Shown: in pieces, positions 27,315 through 36,299 of the stretch
How the letters are laid out: the number at the start of each line of letters is the position of its first letter
How positions within the stretch are numbered: the stretch's first letter is position 1
NCBI GenBank assembly: GCA_963749495.1
Contig: CAVVMW010000024.1
Location: 32,001-96,000 of the forward strand
Reading direction: 5' to 3'
DNA length: 64,000 nt
Source: an uncultured bacterium
GTDB lineage: Bacteria > Verrucomicrobiota > Verrucomicrobiia > Limisphaerales > UBA8199
Made by a program: the position numbers and the translations under genes
Notes under the pieces: generated by a model
What the model was told of the DNA's origin: nothing
Database searches by the model: none
The model's input: only the letters and a program-made list of their open reading frames with translations

Positions 27315-28064
27315 ATGGCCACGCCCTCGATTTCGAACCTGGCCCGCTGGCTGGCCGAGAAGTTCCACAAGGTGACATCGACCTGGGCGCACGACTGGCC
27401 GAAGGCGCTGACGGTAATGCCGGGCAGCGCGGTGGGACGCGTTCAGCTACATCGAGGCCCTGGCCGCCTGAAGCGCAAGGCCGAGCAGTTTGAACTGGAC
27501 TGGGGCGAGCCGCAAGCGTTCGCCCTGGTCCAGCAGGAAACACTCGACGGCGAGCAGCACGCCGGAGAAAAAACAGCAAAAGGAGGACGACGAGAAACAA
27601 GCAGAGCGGAACCAAAAGCCCCTGATATGACAGACGACTTCGATCCATTCATCCTGTTCTCCCGAGAGTCGGCACCGCCGCCCGCGATTGAGTCGCCGCG
27701 GACTCCACCACCACCCAAGCCGCCGCTCAAACCCGAGACCAAGGAGTTGCCCTACACCATCTGCACCCTCATCGCGCAGTGCAGCGGGTTTAGGATCAGA
27801 GGCGTGTTCGGTTACACCGGTGCGGACATTTTCACATACAGGTAGGGGCCTGTGCCAGACCACGAATGCCGCTCAGGCTATCGCTCCCGCGTTACTGAGC
27901 AGGGCGCGATTGACTACGACGTTGGCCTGGCCTTTCTGGTCAACGGAAAGCGTGGTCAGAACTGGACCACGGTGATCGCTTACGAGCCGGACGACACCTG
28001 CTGCGCCTCGCACGGCGTCTGGAGGCGCACCGCAAGATTCCCGAAGAGCGTGCAGGGCGTGTGA
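27315..28064 (+). pseudogene. Degraded hypothetical gene(s); frame continues across TAG 27843-27845
   Basis: ORFs 27273-27845 and 27852-28064 share a frame and are separated by one stop. Confidence 0.4.
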
Positions 28065-28642
28065 CCGAGCCAAACGTCATCGAGGGCGTCACGGTCCTGG
28101 ACGGCAGGAGCCAGCCCCAAGCCTTGCACAAAGACCTGGGCTGCAGCCGAGCCCGTCATCGCGGTAGCGCCGCCGAGTACGCCACAAGGGCGCTCCAAGA
28201 CACTGTCGCTGCCGGCGCGCCCGAGGAGCTGAGGAACGATCTGGAGCAGGTCCTGGCGCGCCCGTACACCAACGGTGCCCGGTTCGGCCTCTTCCTGGCA
28301 AGCCGCCCCACATCCAATCCGCCCACGGTCGAGAGTCCCCAGCGCCACAATGTCGCGGCAGTTCCGAGGGGGTGCGGCCCGCTAAAATCGAGCGGCGGGC
28401 GTTCGAAAAACTTCGGTGTCATCCGGTTCTACGAGATTTCTGGCGCGAACAGGAGACTGGCGAAATCAAGGAGGCTGCGCTGCCCACCCCCAGAGCGTGG
28501 GCATTGAGCCAGGCGGAAATCGCTGCTGTTTACACTCTCGCCGAGACGCCCGCAGAGCGGCGGGCGCTGCGAAAGTCCCTGGCTCTGACCCATCTGGTAT
28601 TACCCCGCCAGGGGCCAGGCCCCGACCAGCTCGTAGCGCAGC

Positions 28643-28966
28643 GTGACCGTACATGCCCAGGCTCATGCCTTTGTCACGGACTCGAAGTCAAGCGCCGAGC
28701 GATCCGGTGGGCGGGTCACCGCGGTGGACTTCATCGCTCAGATTGCGTTCGGCGGAACGAATGCCATGACCTTCGCCGTTTCGGGCTTCGTGAGCGAGAC
28801 ACTCACGGACATCATGCGCGGCCGCGAGTGCCTGGAGTCTGCCGGCGATTTCCGGGCAACCGTCTCCGGCTCCGGCACGGCCATCGTGGGGGGCGTTGCC
28901 TGCCCGGCCCTTTACACCGGCACCATCATGGCGACGGGACGCAACTACGAAGAGGACGAGGATTAG
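28643..28966 (+). CDS. Hypothetical protein or fragment (island)
   Basis: 107-aa ORF, beta-rich, acidic tail; start uncertain. Confidence 0.35.
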   Translation: MTVHAQAHAFVTDSKSSAERSGGRVTAVDFIAQIAFGGTNAMTFAVSGFVSETLTDIMRGRECLESAGDFRATVSGSGTAIVGGVACPALYTGTIMATGRNYEEDED

Positions 28967-29028
28967 ACGTTGCATCAATAGTGTAGTGGCCGGATTTCCA
29001 GAAAAATCCACGATGGCACAGAAAAGAC

Positions 29029-29066
29029 TACCATTTCAATTCTCCAAATGGTATTATGAGATGGTA
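29029..29066 (+). promoter_or_regulatory. Palindromic operator of the vapBC operon
   Basis: TACCATTT-N9-AAATGGTA (29029-29053) overlapping TGGTATTAT; extra ATGGTA half-site at 29061. Confidence 0.6.
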
Positions 29067-29356
29067 TGAGCACAGGAACGATTCAGATCGACAAAGCCGG
29101 GCGGGTGGTGCTGCCCAAGCTGCTTCGGCAACAGTTCAACCTTGAGCCCGGGGACAAGCTGCGCCTTTCGGTCGAAGGCAACAGCATCAAGCTCGAGCCG
29201 GCTGACACGGGCGGGAAGCTGGTCCGCAAAGGCAGTGTGCTCGTGTTTGTCGGGGATTTCGTCGAGCCCGTCACAACCGCCTCGGTCGAGAATTTGCTTT
29301 CCGGGCAACGCGAGGCCTGTTTATCCGACGCCGCTGGAAAGCTGCAAAAGAAATGA
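29066..29356 (+). CDS. AbrB/MazE/SpoVT-family antitoxin (VapB-like)
   Basis: IQIDKAGRVVLPKLLRQQFNLEPGDKL. Confidence 0.9.
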   Translation: MSTGTIQIDKAGRVVLPKLLRQQFNLEPGDKLRLSVEGNSIKLEPADTGGKLVRKGSVLVFVGDFVEPVTTASVENLLSGQREACLSDAAGKLQKK

Positions 29357-29787
29357 AGGTTTTTTTGGACACCAATCTGCTGGTGGCGGCCTGTGTCGAA
29401 GAGCACGAACATCATGCGCGCGCGCTTCCGGTGGTCGAGGCAGTCCACCAAGGCAAAACCGACGGTTATGTGAGCGCGCACAGTCTGCTCGAAACCTACG
29501 CGGTTTTGACGCGCCTGCCGCGTTCCCCGCGTATTACGCCCATGCAGGCAGCGAAGCTGGTGGAACAAAATATCGGCAGCCATTTTACCGTCGTCGCGCT
29601 CACCGCAAAAGAATACGGCCAGCTCGCGCACAAATTGGCCGAAGAGAATATCCTGGGCGGGCAGGCGTTCGACGCTTTGCACCTGGAGTGCGCGGCGAAA
29701 AGCGGAGCAGAACGCATCTACACGTTTAATGTGCGACATTTCGGGCCATTGGGCCGTCATCTGCGGGCCGCAATTTGCGCGCCGTGA
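29353..29787 (+). CDS. PIN-domain toxin (VapC-like)
   Basis: VFLDTNLLV, SLLETYAVL, FDALHLECA, IYTFN; ATGA overlap with the antitoxin. Confidence 0.9.
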   Translation: MKVFLDTNLLVAACVEEHEHHARALPVVEAVHQGKTDGYVSAHSLLETYAVLTRLPRSPRITPMQAAKLVEQNIGSHFTVVALTAKEYGQLAHKLAEENILGGQAFDALHLECAAKSGAERIYTFNVRHFGPLGRHLRAAICAP

Positions 29788-29826
29788 ATCGTCCATACTG
29801 GTTCGAAACGCTCCCACCTTCACTGA

Positions 29827-29944
29827 GAAGGTGTGAAAAAATTGATTTCTGGCGCCAAGGAGCGAAAAGAATCTTCAAAATCCCCAGGAAAACAGAGGGG
29901 TGTTTTCGAGTATGATGCCCGTTTTGGCATTTTTTCACACCTTC
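29827..29944. mobile_element. 118-bp MITE with perfect 16-bp terminal inverted repeats and TGA target duplication
   Basis: TGA|GAAGGTGTGAAAAAAT ... ATTTTTTCACACCTTC|TGA; reconstructed empty site CTGAG. Confidence 0.8.
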
Positions 29945-29968
29945 TGAGGCCTTACCTCGAAGGCAACA

Positions 29969-30039
29969 GGCCGCTTGACGGCCTTGAGGTTTTCCGGGCA
30001 GAGTCGCGCCATGTACAAGATCATCGGAGCAGACGGCAA
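29969..30039 (+). repeat. Right 71-bp direct repeat (attR-like) supplying promoter and start of the intact GYF_2 gene
   Basis: Matches 20727-20797; contains TTGACG-N18-CAGAGT-N6-ATG. Confidence 0.95.
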
Positions 30040-30529
30040 GGAGTATGGCCCGATTCCTGGCGAGGTTTTGCGCCAGTGGATCGTCGAGGGGCGAGCCGAT
30101 GCGCGGACTCGAGTGCTTGCCGAGGGGAGTGCCGAATGGAGGCCGTTGGCGGAGGTGCCGGAGGTCTCCGGGATGCTGGCAGCGGCACCGGCACCGGCGC
30201 CGGCCGCCCCCGCCGCCGCCGCGCCGGCGGGGCCGGCGCCGAGGACCAACCCGATGGCGGTGAGCGGGCTGATCATGGGCATCCTGGCGCTGACTTGCGC
30301 GGCGTGTTGCTGCTATGGGTTGCCGTTCAATGTGCTCGGCGTCGTCTTTTCGAGCATCGCCTTGTCCCAGATCAAACAAGACCCCGCTGGGCAAAAGGGC
30401 CGCGGCATGGCCGTGGCAGGGCTGGTCCTTTCGATCCTGAGCATTCTGCTGACCCTGCTGGTCCTGATCCTGGGCCTGGGTGTCGCGTTCAGCGCCTTCG
30501 ATATCATGCGCCGCTTCCAGAACTATTGA
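30011..30529 (+). CDS. GYF_2 (DUF4339) + DUF4190 membrane protein
   Basis: MYKIIGADGKEYGP..LRQWIVEGR; TNPMAVSGLIMGIL...ALSQIK...KGRGMAVAGLVL. Confidence 0.85.
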   Translation: MYKIIGADGKEYGPIPGEVLRQWIVEGRADARTRVLAEGSAEWRPLAEVPEVSGMLAAAPAPAPAAPAAAAPAGPAPRTNPMAVSGLIMGILALTCAACCCYGLPFNVLGVVFSSIALSQIKQDPAGQKGRGMAVAGLVLSILSILLTLLVLILGLGVAFSAFDIMRRFQNY

Positions 30530-30563
30530 CCCGCTTGCGCGGGGAAATGCGATTGAGCCACCC

Positions 30564-30971
30564 ATGAACACGGATCGACACGGATTTGCGGCGTCCAGGC
30601 CCCCAGTGGCGTTGCTGGTCGCAGTGCTCGCCGCGCTCGCGGTGTTGGCGGGCAGCGTCATCCTTTTCGAGTTCGACCCGGACCGCTCCTGGTTCTATCC
30701 GGCCTGCCAGTTTCACCGGGTCACCGGGTTGCTTTGCCCGGGCTGCGGTTCACTGCGCGCCCTGCACCACTTGCTGCACGGCCGGATCGCGCTGGCTTTG
30801 CATTTCAACGCCTTGCTGGTGCTCTGCCTGCCTTGGGCGGCCTGGTTTGCCGCGCGCGCGCTGCTGCGCTTTCTGAGGAGCCAGCCGCTGCCCTCGGGCA
30901 TTCGTCCGGCCTGGCTCTGGTGCGCCGTGGCGGCAACGCTCTGCTTCGGGGTCCTGCGCAACGTCTTCTAG
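30564..30971 (+). CDS. DUF2752 membrane protein
   Basis: PACQFHRVTGLLCPGCGSLRALHHLLHG...GVLRN. Confidence 0.88.
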   Translation: MNTDRHGFAASRPPVALLVAVLAALAVLAGSVILFEFDPDRSWFYPACQFHRVTGLLCPGCGSLRALHHLLHGRIALALHFNALLVLCLPWAAWFAARALLRFLRSQPLPSGIRPAWLWCAVAATLCFGVLRNVF

Positions 30972-31029
30972 CTTGCGCCCCGGCCCGCAATCCCCTACAA
31001 GCAGCCTCGATCCGTGAACCGGACAAGCT

Positions 31030-32028
31030 ATGTATAAAATCATCGGTGGAGACCATAGGGAGTACGGACCGGCAACCGCCGAGGAGTTGCGCCGCTGGAT
31101 TGCCGAGGGCCGGCTCAGCGGCCAGAGCCTGGTCCAGGCTGAGGGCACGGGGCAATGGAAGCCGGTGTCGGCATACCCGGAGTTGGCCGACGCCCTTCGG
31201 GCGCAAGCCCGCTCTGCCCCGGAGGCGGGCGTGGCAGCGCCCGTGCCGGACGCCGCCGCCTGGTCGGCGGACCTGCGGGCGCGCCGCCCCGAGGTGCGAA
31301 TAGGGGAGTGCCTGGCGCTTTCCTGGGACCTGCTGCGCGACAACTTTGGCCTGCTCCTGGGCGCCACGTTCCTGGTCTGGTCTATCGAGACGCTCTGCCA
31401 GTATCGCTGGTCAACGGGGCTGTTCTATATGCTGCTGCAGGGGGTGTTATACGGCGGCCTCTCGATGGTTTTTCTCAACCGGATTCGGGGCGAACCGGCG
31501 GCCGTCACGGACGTTTTTGCGGGCTTCAGGGTGGCTTTTGGGCAATTGCTGCTGGTGGGCTTTATCAGCCACCTGTTGACCTTTCTGGCGGGCCTTTGCT
31601 TCCTGATCGTGCCTGGCATCTACCTGTTCGTGGCCTGGCTCTTCAGTGTGCCGCTGGTCATCGACAAGCGCCTGGAATTCTGGTCGGCCATGGAGACCAG
31701 CCGGCGGGTGGTCACGCGCGCCTGGTTCGAGGTCTTCGCCCTGTTCCTGATCGCCCTTCTGCCGACGCTGGCCATGGGCGTGTTCATCCAGGGCAAAGTG
31801 GCCGTGGCCATGCTGCCGATGCTGCACGGCGCCTTTCCCCCGGGCGCGCCTCCGGACTTCGGCCGTCTGAGCGAACTGCTCAACCAGGCCGGGCAAACCG
31901 CCCGCATCACGCCAATGCTCCAACTCGCCTCGAGGCTGGTCTTTCTGGTCAACCTGCCCTTCGCCCTGGGCGCCCTGTTGCACGCCTATGAAAATCTCTT
32001 TGGCACTCGGCGCGCGCCAACCCCTTAG
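31030..32028 (+). CDS. GYF_2 (DUF4339) domain multi-pass membrane protein
   Basis: MYKIIGGDHREYGP; LIVPGIYLFVAWLFSVPLVIDKRLEFWSAMETSR. Confidence 0.85.
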   Translation: MYKIIGGDHREYGPATAEELRRWIAEGRLSGQSLVQAEGTGQWKPVSAYPELADALRAQARSAPEAGVAAPVPDAAAWSADLRARRPEVRIGECLALSWDLLRDNFGLLLGATFLVWSIETLCQYRWSTGLFYMLLQGVLYGGLSMVFLNRIRGEPAAVTDVFAGFRVAFGQLLLVGFISHLLTFLAGLCFLIVPGIYLFVAWLFSVPLVIDKRLEFWSAMETSRRVVTRAWFEVFALFLIALLPTLAMGVFIQGKVAVAMLPMLHGAFPPGAPPDFGRLSELLNQAGQTARITPMLQLASRLVFLVNLPFALGALLHAYENLFGTRRAPTP

Positions 32029-32383
32029 CCGCCAGACCGCCTGGGGTTGCCTGACCACCAACGTGGCCCTGCCCGGGTTCGGCTCGCTCCTGGCCGGGCG
32101 GCCCTCCGGCTACCCCCAGGCCGCCCTGGCGCTAGGCGGCATGGCCCTGACGGTGTGCTTCGGCCTGCGCTTTCTCCTCTGGTACTCCCAAAATGCCGCC
32201 CACATCCGCAGCCCCGAGGCCGACCCGGCCGAGGTGCTGCTGAGCATGTGGGTGGAGGTGCGTTGGGCGGTGCTGGGTATCGCCCTCTTCGCCATCGGCT
32301 GGCTCTGGGCCCTGGCCACAAGCCGCGCCATCCTCCGCGCCGCCCGGGAAGCGGAGACGCAGAGAGTGCCTCCGCGTCTCTGA
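31988..32383 (+). CDS. Hypothetical membrane protein
   Basis: AWGCLTTNVALPGFGSLLAGR plus TM segments; overlaps the upstream gene. Confidence 0.65.
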   Translation: MKISLALGARQPLSRQTAWGCLTTNVALPGFGSLLAGRPSGYPQAALALGGMALTVCFGLRFLLWYSQNAAHIRSPEADPAEVLLSMWVEVRWAVLGIALFAIGWLWALATSRAILRAAREAETQRVPPRL

Positions 32384-32422
32384 ACCGGGCTCCGACAGCG
32401 GCGGCGGTGATCCGCTCGAGCT

Positions 32423-32632
32423 GCGTCGCGTAGCGACGCTGTGAAGGTAGCCGTGGACCTCGGTCCACGGTTTGGCGCAGCGGAAGAATCATGCGCCGCG
32501 TAGCGACGCCTGAGAGCCTCGGATCGGCGGATCGAACCGCCCGTTCGAGCGTCGCTACGCGACGCTGATGATCCCAGGGCCGGCGTCCGTGGACTGAAGT
32601 CCACGGCTACCATCAAACACCGCTACGCGGTG
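32423..32632. repeat. Gene-less tri-hairpin REPIN-like element
   Basis: gcgtcgcgtagcgacgc / GTAGccgtggacctcggtccacgg / cgccgcgtagcgacg, then the inverted set cgtcgctacgcgacg / ccgtggactgaagtccacggCTAC / caccgctacgcggtg. Confidence 0.85.
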
Positions 32633-32860
32633 AAATGCCCAGACGCGTCCAGCGCCGCCCCCGCCTGACCCGCCAGGTCCGCGTTGAACACCAGGCGGCA
32701 CGGCCAGCCCCAGCCGCTCGAAAAAGGACATCCTCTTGGGTGAATTGCTCTCGTCCATCCACGGGAAATAGCGCCATTCTGCGCCCGCGCAACATGGAAT
32801 CTCATCGGTTGAGGCTTGTGGCCGGGATTGGATTCGGCTAGACTGGACAAAAGAAAGAAT

Positions 32861-33664
32861 ATGATGAAAGTATCTCAAAGTTTGTCGCAACGGAGCTTAT
32901 CGCTGTCCTTGGTGGTTGGTCTGGCCGCTGGGGTGCTGGCGCTGGGGTCCCGGCCCGCGGCGGCTGCCGATTCCTCGAGCCCCGGCCAGGTCAAGCCGGC
33001 GGCTGCCGCTCCCGGCAACCTGGTGCCCCTGATGCTCAACATCCCCGCCGCTGCGTTCAAAGGAACGCCCAAGGACCTCAATGTCGGCCCCAATGTCGAG
33101 CCGATCTCGGACAAGCCGCGTCCGCCCATGTTGGTGCCCCCGGAGTTGAAGAATGTGGCCCTCAACACCAAGGTGACCTGCAGCGACAAGAATGCCTCCG
33201 CCGACATGCTGGCCAAGATCGTCAACGGCAACAAAGACGCCTCGGATGACAGCATCATCTTCCTGCGCAAAGGCACGCAATGGGTGCAGGTGGACCTGGG
33301 CAGCGTCAACGAGGTCTTCGCCATCGTCATCTGGCACGCCCACAACACCGCCAAGGTCTATCACGACGTCATCGTCCAGGCAGCCGACGACCCCGATTTC
33401 ATCCAGAACGTTCGCACGGTCTTCAACAATGACATCAACAACACCTCCGGCCAGGGCGTGGGCAGCGACCGCGAGTACTTCGAGACCAACGAGGGCAAGC
33501 TCATCAACGCCAAGGGCGTCAAGGCCCGCTACTTCCGCTTTTACTCCAAGGGCAGCACCGAGAGCGTCATGAACGAATACACCGAGATCGAGATCTACGG
33601 CCGCTCCCCCGCCGTGGCCGTTCATGGCCAGCAACCCACCCTCTCCGCCGCGGCATCCAAGTAG
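32861..33664 (+). CDS. Secreted protein with discoidin/F5-8 type C-like domain, copy 1
   Basis: Signal peptide; NVALNTKVT, WVQVDLG, ARYFRFYS, YTEIEIYG. Confidence 0.8.
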   Translation: MMKVSQSLSQRSLSLSLVVGLAAGVLALGSRPAAAADSSSPGQVKPAAAAPGNLVPLMLNIPAAAFKGTPKDLNVGPNVEPISDKPRPPMLVPPELKNVALNTKVTCSDKNASADMLAKIVNGNKDASDDSIIFLRKGTQWVQVDLGSVNEVFAIVIWHAHNTAKVYHDVIVQAADDPDFIQNVRTVFNNDINNTSGQGVGSDREYFETNEGKLINAKGVKARYFRFYSKGSTESVMNEYTEIEIYGRSPAVAVHGQQPTLSAAASK

Positions 33665-33674
33665 CCCAAAGAAC

Positions 33675-34511
33675 ATGATGAAGATGACTCAAAGGCTGTC
33701 TGAACGATGCGTATGGCTGTCGTTGCCCGTTTGCCTGGCCGTCGGCGCGCTGGCGCTCGGGCCACAGTCTGTGGCGGCTGCCGATTCGTCGAGCCCTGGC
33801 CAGGCCAAGCCGGCGGCTGCCGCTGCCGGCGCCCTGGTGCCGCTCAAGCTCGACCTCCCCAAACCTGCGTTCAAGGGAACCCCCAAGGACATCCCAGCCG
33901 GCCCCGATATCGAGCCCTACCCCGACCTCGACAAGCCGGCCCCGACGATCTTTGTGCCCGCCGACCTGAAGAATCTGGCCCTCAACGCCAAGCTGACCTG
34001 CAGTGACAAGAACGCCACGGCCGAAATGCTGGCCAAGATCATTGACGGCAACAAGGACCCCTCGGATGACAGCATCATCTTCATCCGCAAAGGCACGCAA
34101 TGGGTGCAGTTGGACCTCGGCAGCCCCAACGAGGTCTTCGCCATCGTCATCTGGCACGCCCATAATACCCCCAAGATCTATCACGATGTCATTGTGCAGG
34201 CAGCCGATGATCCGGGGTTCACCCAGAACGTCCGCACCATCTTCAACAATGACATCGACAACACCTCCGGCCAGGGCGTGGGCAGCGACCGCGAGTACTT
34301 CGAGACCCTCCGCGGCAAGCCCATCGACGCCAAGGGCATCAAGGCCCGCTGCTTCCGCTTCTACTCCAAGGGCAGCACCGAGAGCGCCCTGAACGAATAC
34401 ACCGAGATCGAGATCTACGGCCGCGCTCCCGCCGTGGCCGTGAATGGCGAGAAACCGACCCTCTCGGCCGCGGCATCGAAAACGGCGCAATCATCTGCCG
34501 GCGGGCGATGA
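33675..34511 (+). CDS. Secreted protein with discoidin/F5-8 type C-like domain, copy 2 (tandem paralog)
   Basis: Long DNA-identical stretches shared with copy 1. Confidence 0.8.
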   Translation: MMKMTQRLSERCVWLSLPVCLAVGALALGPQSVAAADSSSPGQAKPAAAAAGALVPLKLDLPKPAFKGTPKDIPAGPDIEPYPDLDKPAPTIFVPADLKNLALNAKLTCSDKNATAEMLAKIIDGNKDPSDDSIIFIRKGTQWVQLDLGSPNEVFAIVIWHAHNTPKIYHDVIVQAADDPGFTQNVRTIFNNDIDNTSGQGVGSDREYFETLRGKPIDAKGIKARCFRFYSKGSTESALNEYTEIEIYGRAPAVAVNGEKPTLSAAASKTAQSSAGGR

Positions 34512-34536
34512 AGACTCTCGATGAACCTGCGAAGCC

Positions 34537-34639
34537 CGCAAGGTTTTGGACTGCGGCAGTCCTCTGCCGCTTTCGCTTCCCCCTCCCCACGGGTCCGGAA
34601 AAGCGGCAGAGGACTGCCGCAGTCCAAAGCGCTGCGCGC
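34537..34639. repeat. REP doublet of the GGA(C/G)TGCGGCAGTCCTCTGCCGCTTT family
   Basis: Inverted pair; other copies at 38142-38241, 44691-44784 and 50226-50320. Confidence 0.9.
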
Positions 34640-34677
34640 GGCGCATGTACGATTGCAATACCACTGAGACCCCCACG

Positions 34678-34701
34678 TAGCCTTTAGCCTTTAGCCTTTA
34701 G
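34678..34701. repeat. Heptamer repeat (TAGCCTT) x3
   Basis: Read directly, just before ATG 34707. Confidence 0.7.
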
Positions 34702-34706
34702 ACACC

Positions 34707-36287
34707 ATGCCCCGTTGGGTCCTGCTCGGTCTGCTAACCGCTCTGGTCGCAGCGGCGGTCCTGCGCGCCCCCAGGCTCGGCGAGCGCCCCCTCCACAACG
34801 ACGAGGCCGTCAACGGCATCAAGTTCGGCCAACTCTGGGACACACGGCTCGCGCAGGTGTATGGCCCCTTCAAATACGACCCCGACGAGCACCACGGCCC
34901 ATCGCTCTTTTACTCGACCTACGCCCTGGCGGGGCTCACCGGCGCGCCTGACATCGCCCATTTCTCCGAGGCGCGCCTCCGGCTGATCGACCTGCTTTTC
35001 GGCCTGGGGCTGATTCTGCTCCTGCCGCTGGTGGCTGACGGCGTCGGGCGCCGGCCCGTCATCTGGGCCGGGTTCTTCACTGCGCTCTCGCCAGCCATGG
35101 TTTTCTACAGCCGCTATTTCATTCACGAGATGCCGCTGGTCTTTTTCAGTTTTCTGGCCCTGGCGGCGGGCTGGCGCTATTGGCGCTCGCGCAAATTGGG
35201 GTGGGCCGTCCTGGCCGGGACTGCCCTGGGCCTCATGCACTCGACCAAAGAGACCTTCGTCCTTGTCCTGGCCGCCGCGGCATTCGCCCTGGCCCTGAAC
35301 CGGGCCTGGAACCGATGGCTCGATGCCAGCGGCCTGCCGGTCAAAGCCCCGGCACTGAATCCCCTCCACCTGACCGCCGCACTCGCCGCTTGGCTCGTAG
35401 TCGCTGTGGTCCTCTTCTCGTCATTTTTCACCAATGCCGCAGGTCCGCTCGACTCACTGCGGAGCTATGGCGCTTGGCTGGGACGCGCCGGCGGCAAGTC
35501 CGAGCACATTTATCCGTGGACATTCTATTTCCACCGGCTCCTGTGGTTCCAGGCCGCCAAGGGGCCGGTGTGGAGCGAGGCGCTGATCCTGGCGTTGGCG
35601 GTGATCGGGGCCGCCTCCGGGTTCAAGCGCAAGCAACTGGGCCGCGCCAATGCCGGCTTTATCCGGTTTTTGGCCCTCTACACCCTGGCGCTCACCGTGG
35701 TCTATAGCCTGATCTCCTACAAGACGCCCTGGTGCCTCCTGGGCTTCTGGCACGGCATGATCCTCCTGGCGGGCGTCGGCGCCGTGGTGCTGCTCCGCAG
35801 CCTGAGACGGCGCACCCTGAAAAGGGCGGTCACACTGGCTCTGGTCGCCGGCGCCGCACACCTCGGCTGGCAGGCCCGGCGCTCGAGCTTCCCCTTCGCG
35901 TCCGACCCCCGGAATCCCTACGTCTTTGCCCAAACGCTCCCCAATTTCCTGCTCCTGGTCCAGAACGTCAGGGCCCTGGCCCAGACACACCCGCTCGGCC
36001 TGGAAGTGCCAGTCAAAGTCATTGCGCCCAAAGGAGATTATTGGCCATTGCCCTGGTACCTCCGCGACTTCAGCCACGTCCTCTGGTCCGAGGCGGTGCC
36101 CCCGGACCCCTACGCCCCCGTCATGGTCGTCTCCAGCAGCTTCGACGCCCGCCTGGACGGGGCCAAGACCCACACCATGATCGGCTACTACCAGATGCGC
36201 CCCCGGACCTTCTTCGAACTCTATGTCCAGTCCGACTTCTGGCGGGCCTACATCGAGAAGCACCCGCCGCCCAAGGATGAGGAGTAA
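34707..36287 (+). CDS. GT-C fold membrane glycosyltransferase (TIGR03663/PMT-like)
   Basis: RPLHNDEAVN, YDPDEHHGP, SPAMVFYSRYFIHE, TKET, YKTPW, YWPLPWYLR; many TM segments. Confidence 0.8.
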   Translation: MPRWVLLGLLTALVAAAVLRAPRLGERPLHNDEAVNGIKFGQLWDTRLAQVYGPFKYDPDEHHGPSLFYSTYALAGLTGAPDIAHFSEARLRLIDLLFGLGLILLLPLVADGVGRRPVIWAGFFTALSPAMVFYSRYFIHEMPLVFFSFLALAAGWRYWRSRKLGWAVLAGTALGLMHSTKETFVLVLAAAAFALALNRAWNRWLDASGLPVKAPALNPLHLTAALAAWLVVAVVLFSSFFTNAAGPLDSLRSYGAWLGRAGGKSEHIYPWTFYFHRLLWFQAAKGPVWSEALILALAVIGAASGFKRKQLGRANAGFIRFLALYTLALTVVYSLISYKTPWCLLGFWHGMILLAGVGAVVLLRSLRRRTLKRAVTLALVAGAAHLGWQARRSSFPFASDPRNPYVFAQTLPNFLLLVQNVRALAQTHPLGLEVPVKVIAPKGDYWPLPWYLRDFSHVLWSEAVPPDPYAPVMVVSSSFDARLDGAKTHTMIGYYQMRPRTFFELYVQSDFWRAYIEKHPPPKDEE

Positions 36288-36299
36288 TCGGGCAGGGCC

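Larger units (their letters stand above)
20727..30039. mobile_element. Decayed genomic island (~9.3 kb) integrated in the 5' end of a GYF_2/DUF4339 gene
   Basis: Flanking 71-bp direct repeats, serine recombinase at the left end, VapBC at the right end, lower-GC hypothetical genes and gene fragments. Confidence 0.8.

Noticed and set aside
27843..27845. In-frame TAG as pyrrolysine or stop-codon recoding
   Set aside because: TAG ends ordinary genes here (araA, ndk, atpD); this case lies in a decaying island and is best read as a nonsense mutation.
20727..30039. 71-bp repeat pair as DGR template/variable repeats (the mismatch is A vs G)
   Set aside because: Only one mismatch, the repeat covers a promoter and gene start rather than a 3' variable region, and no reverse transcriptase or Avd is present.
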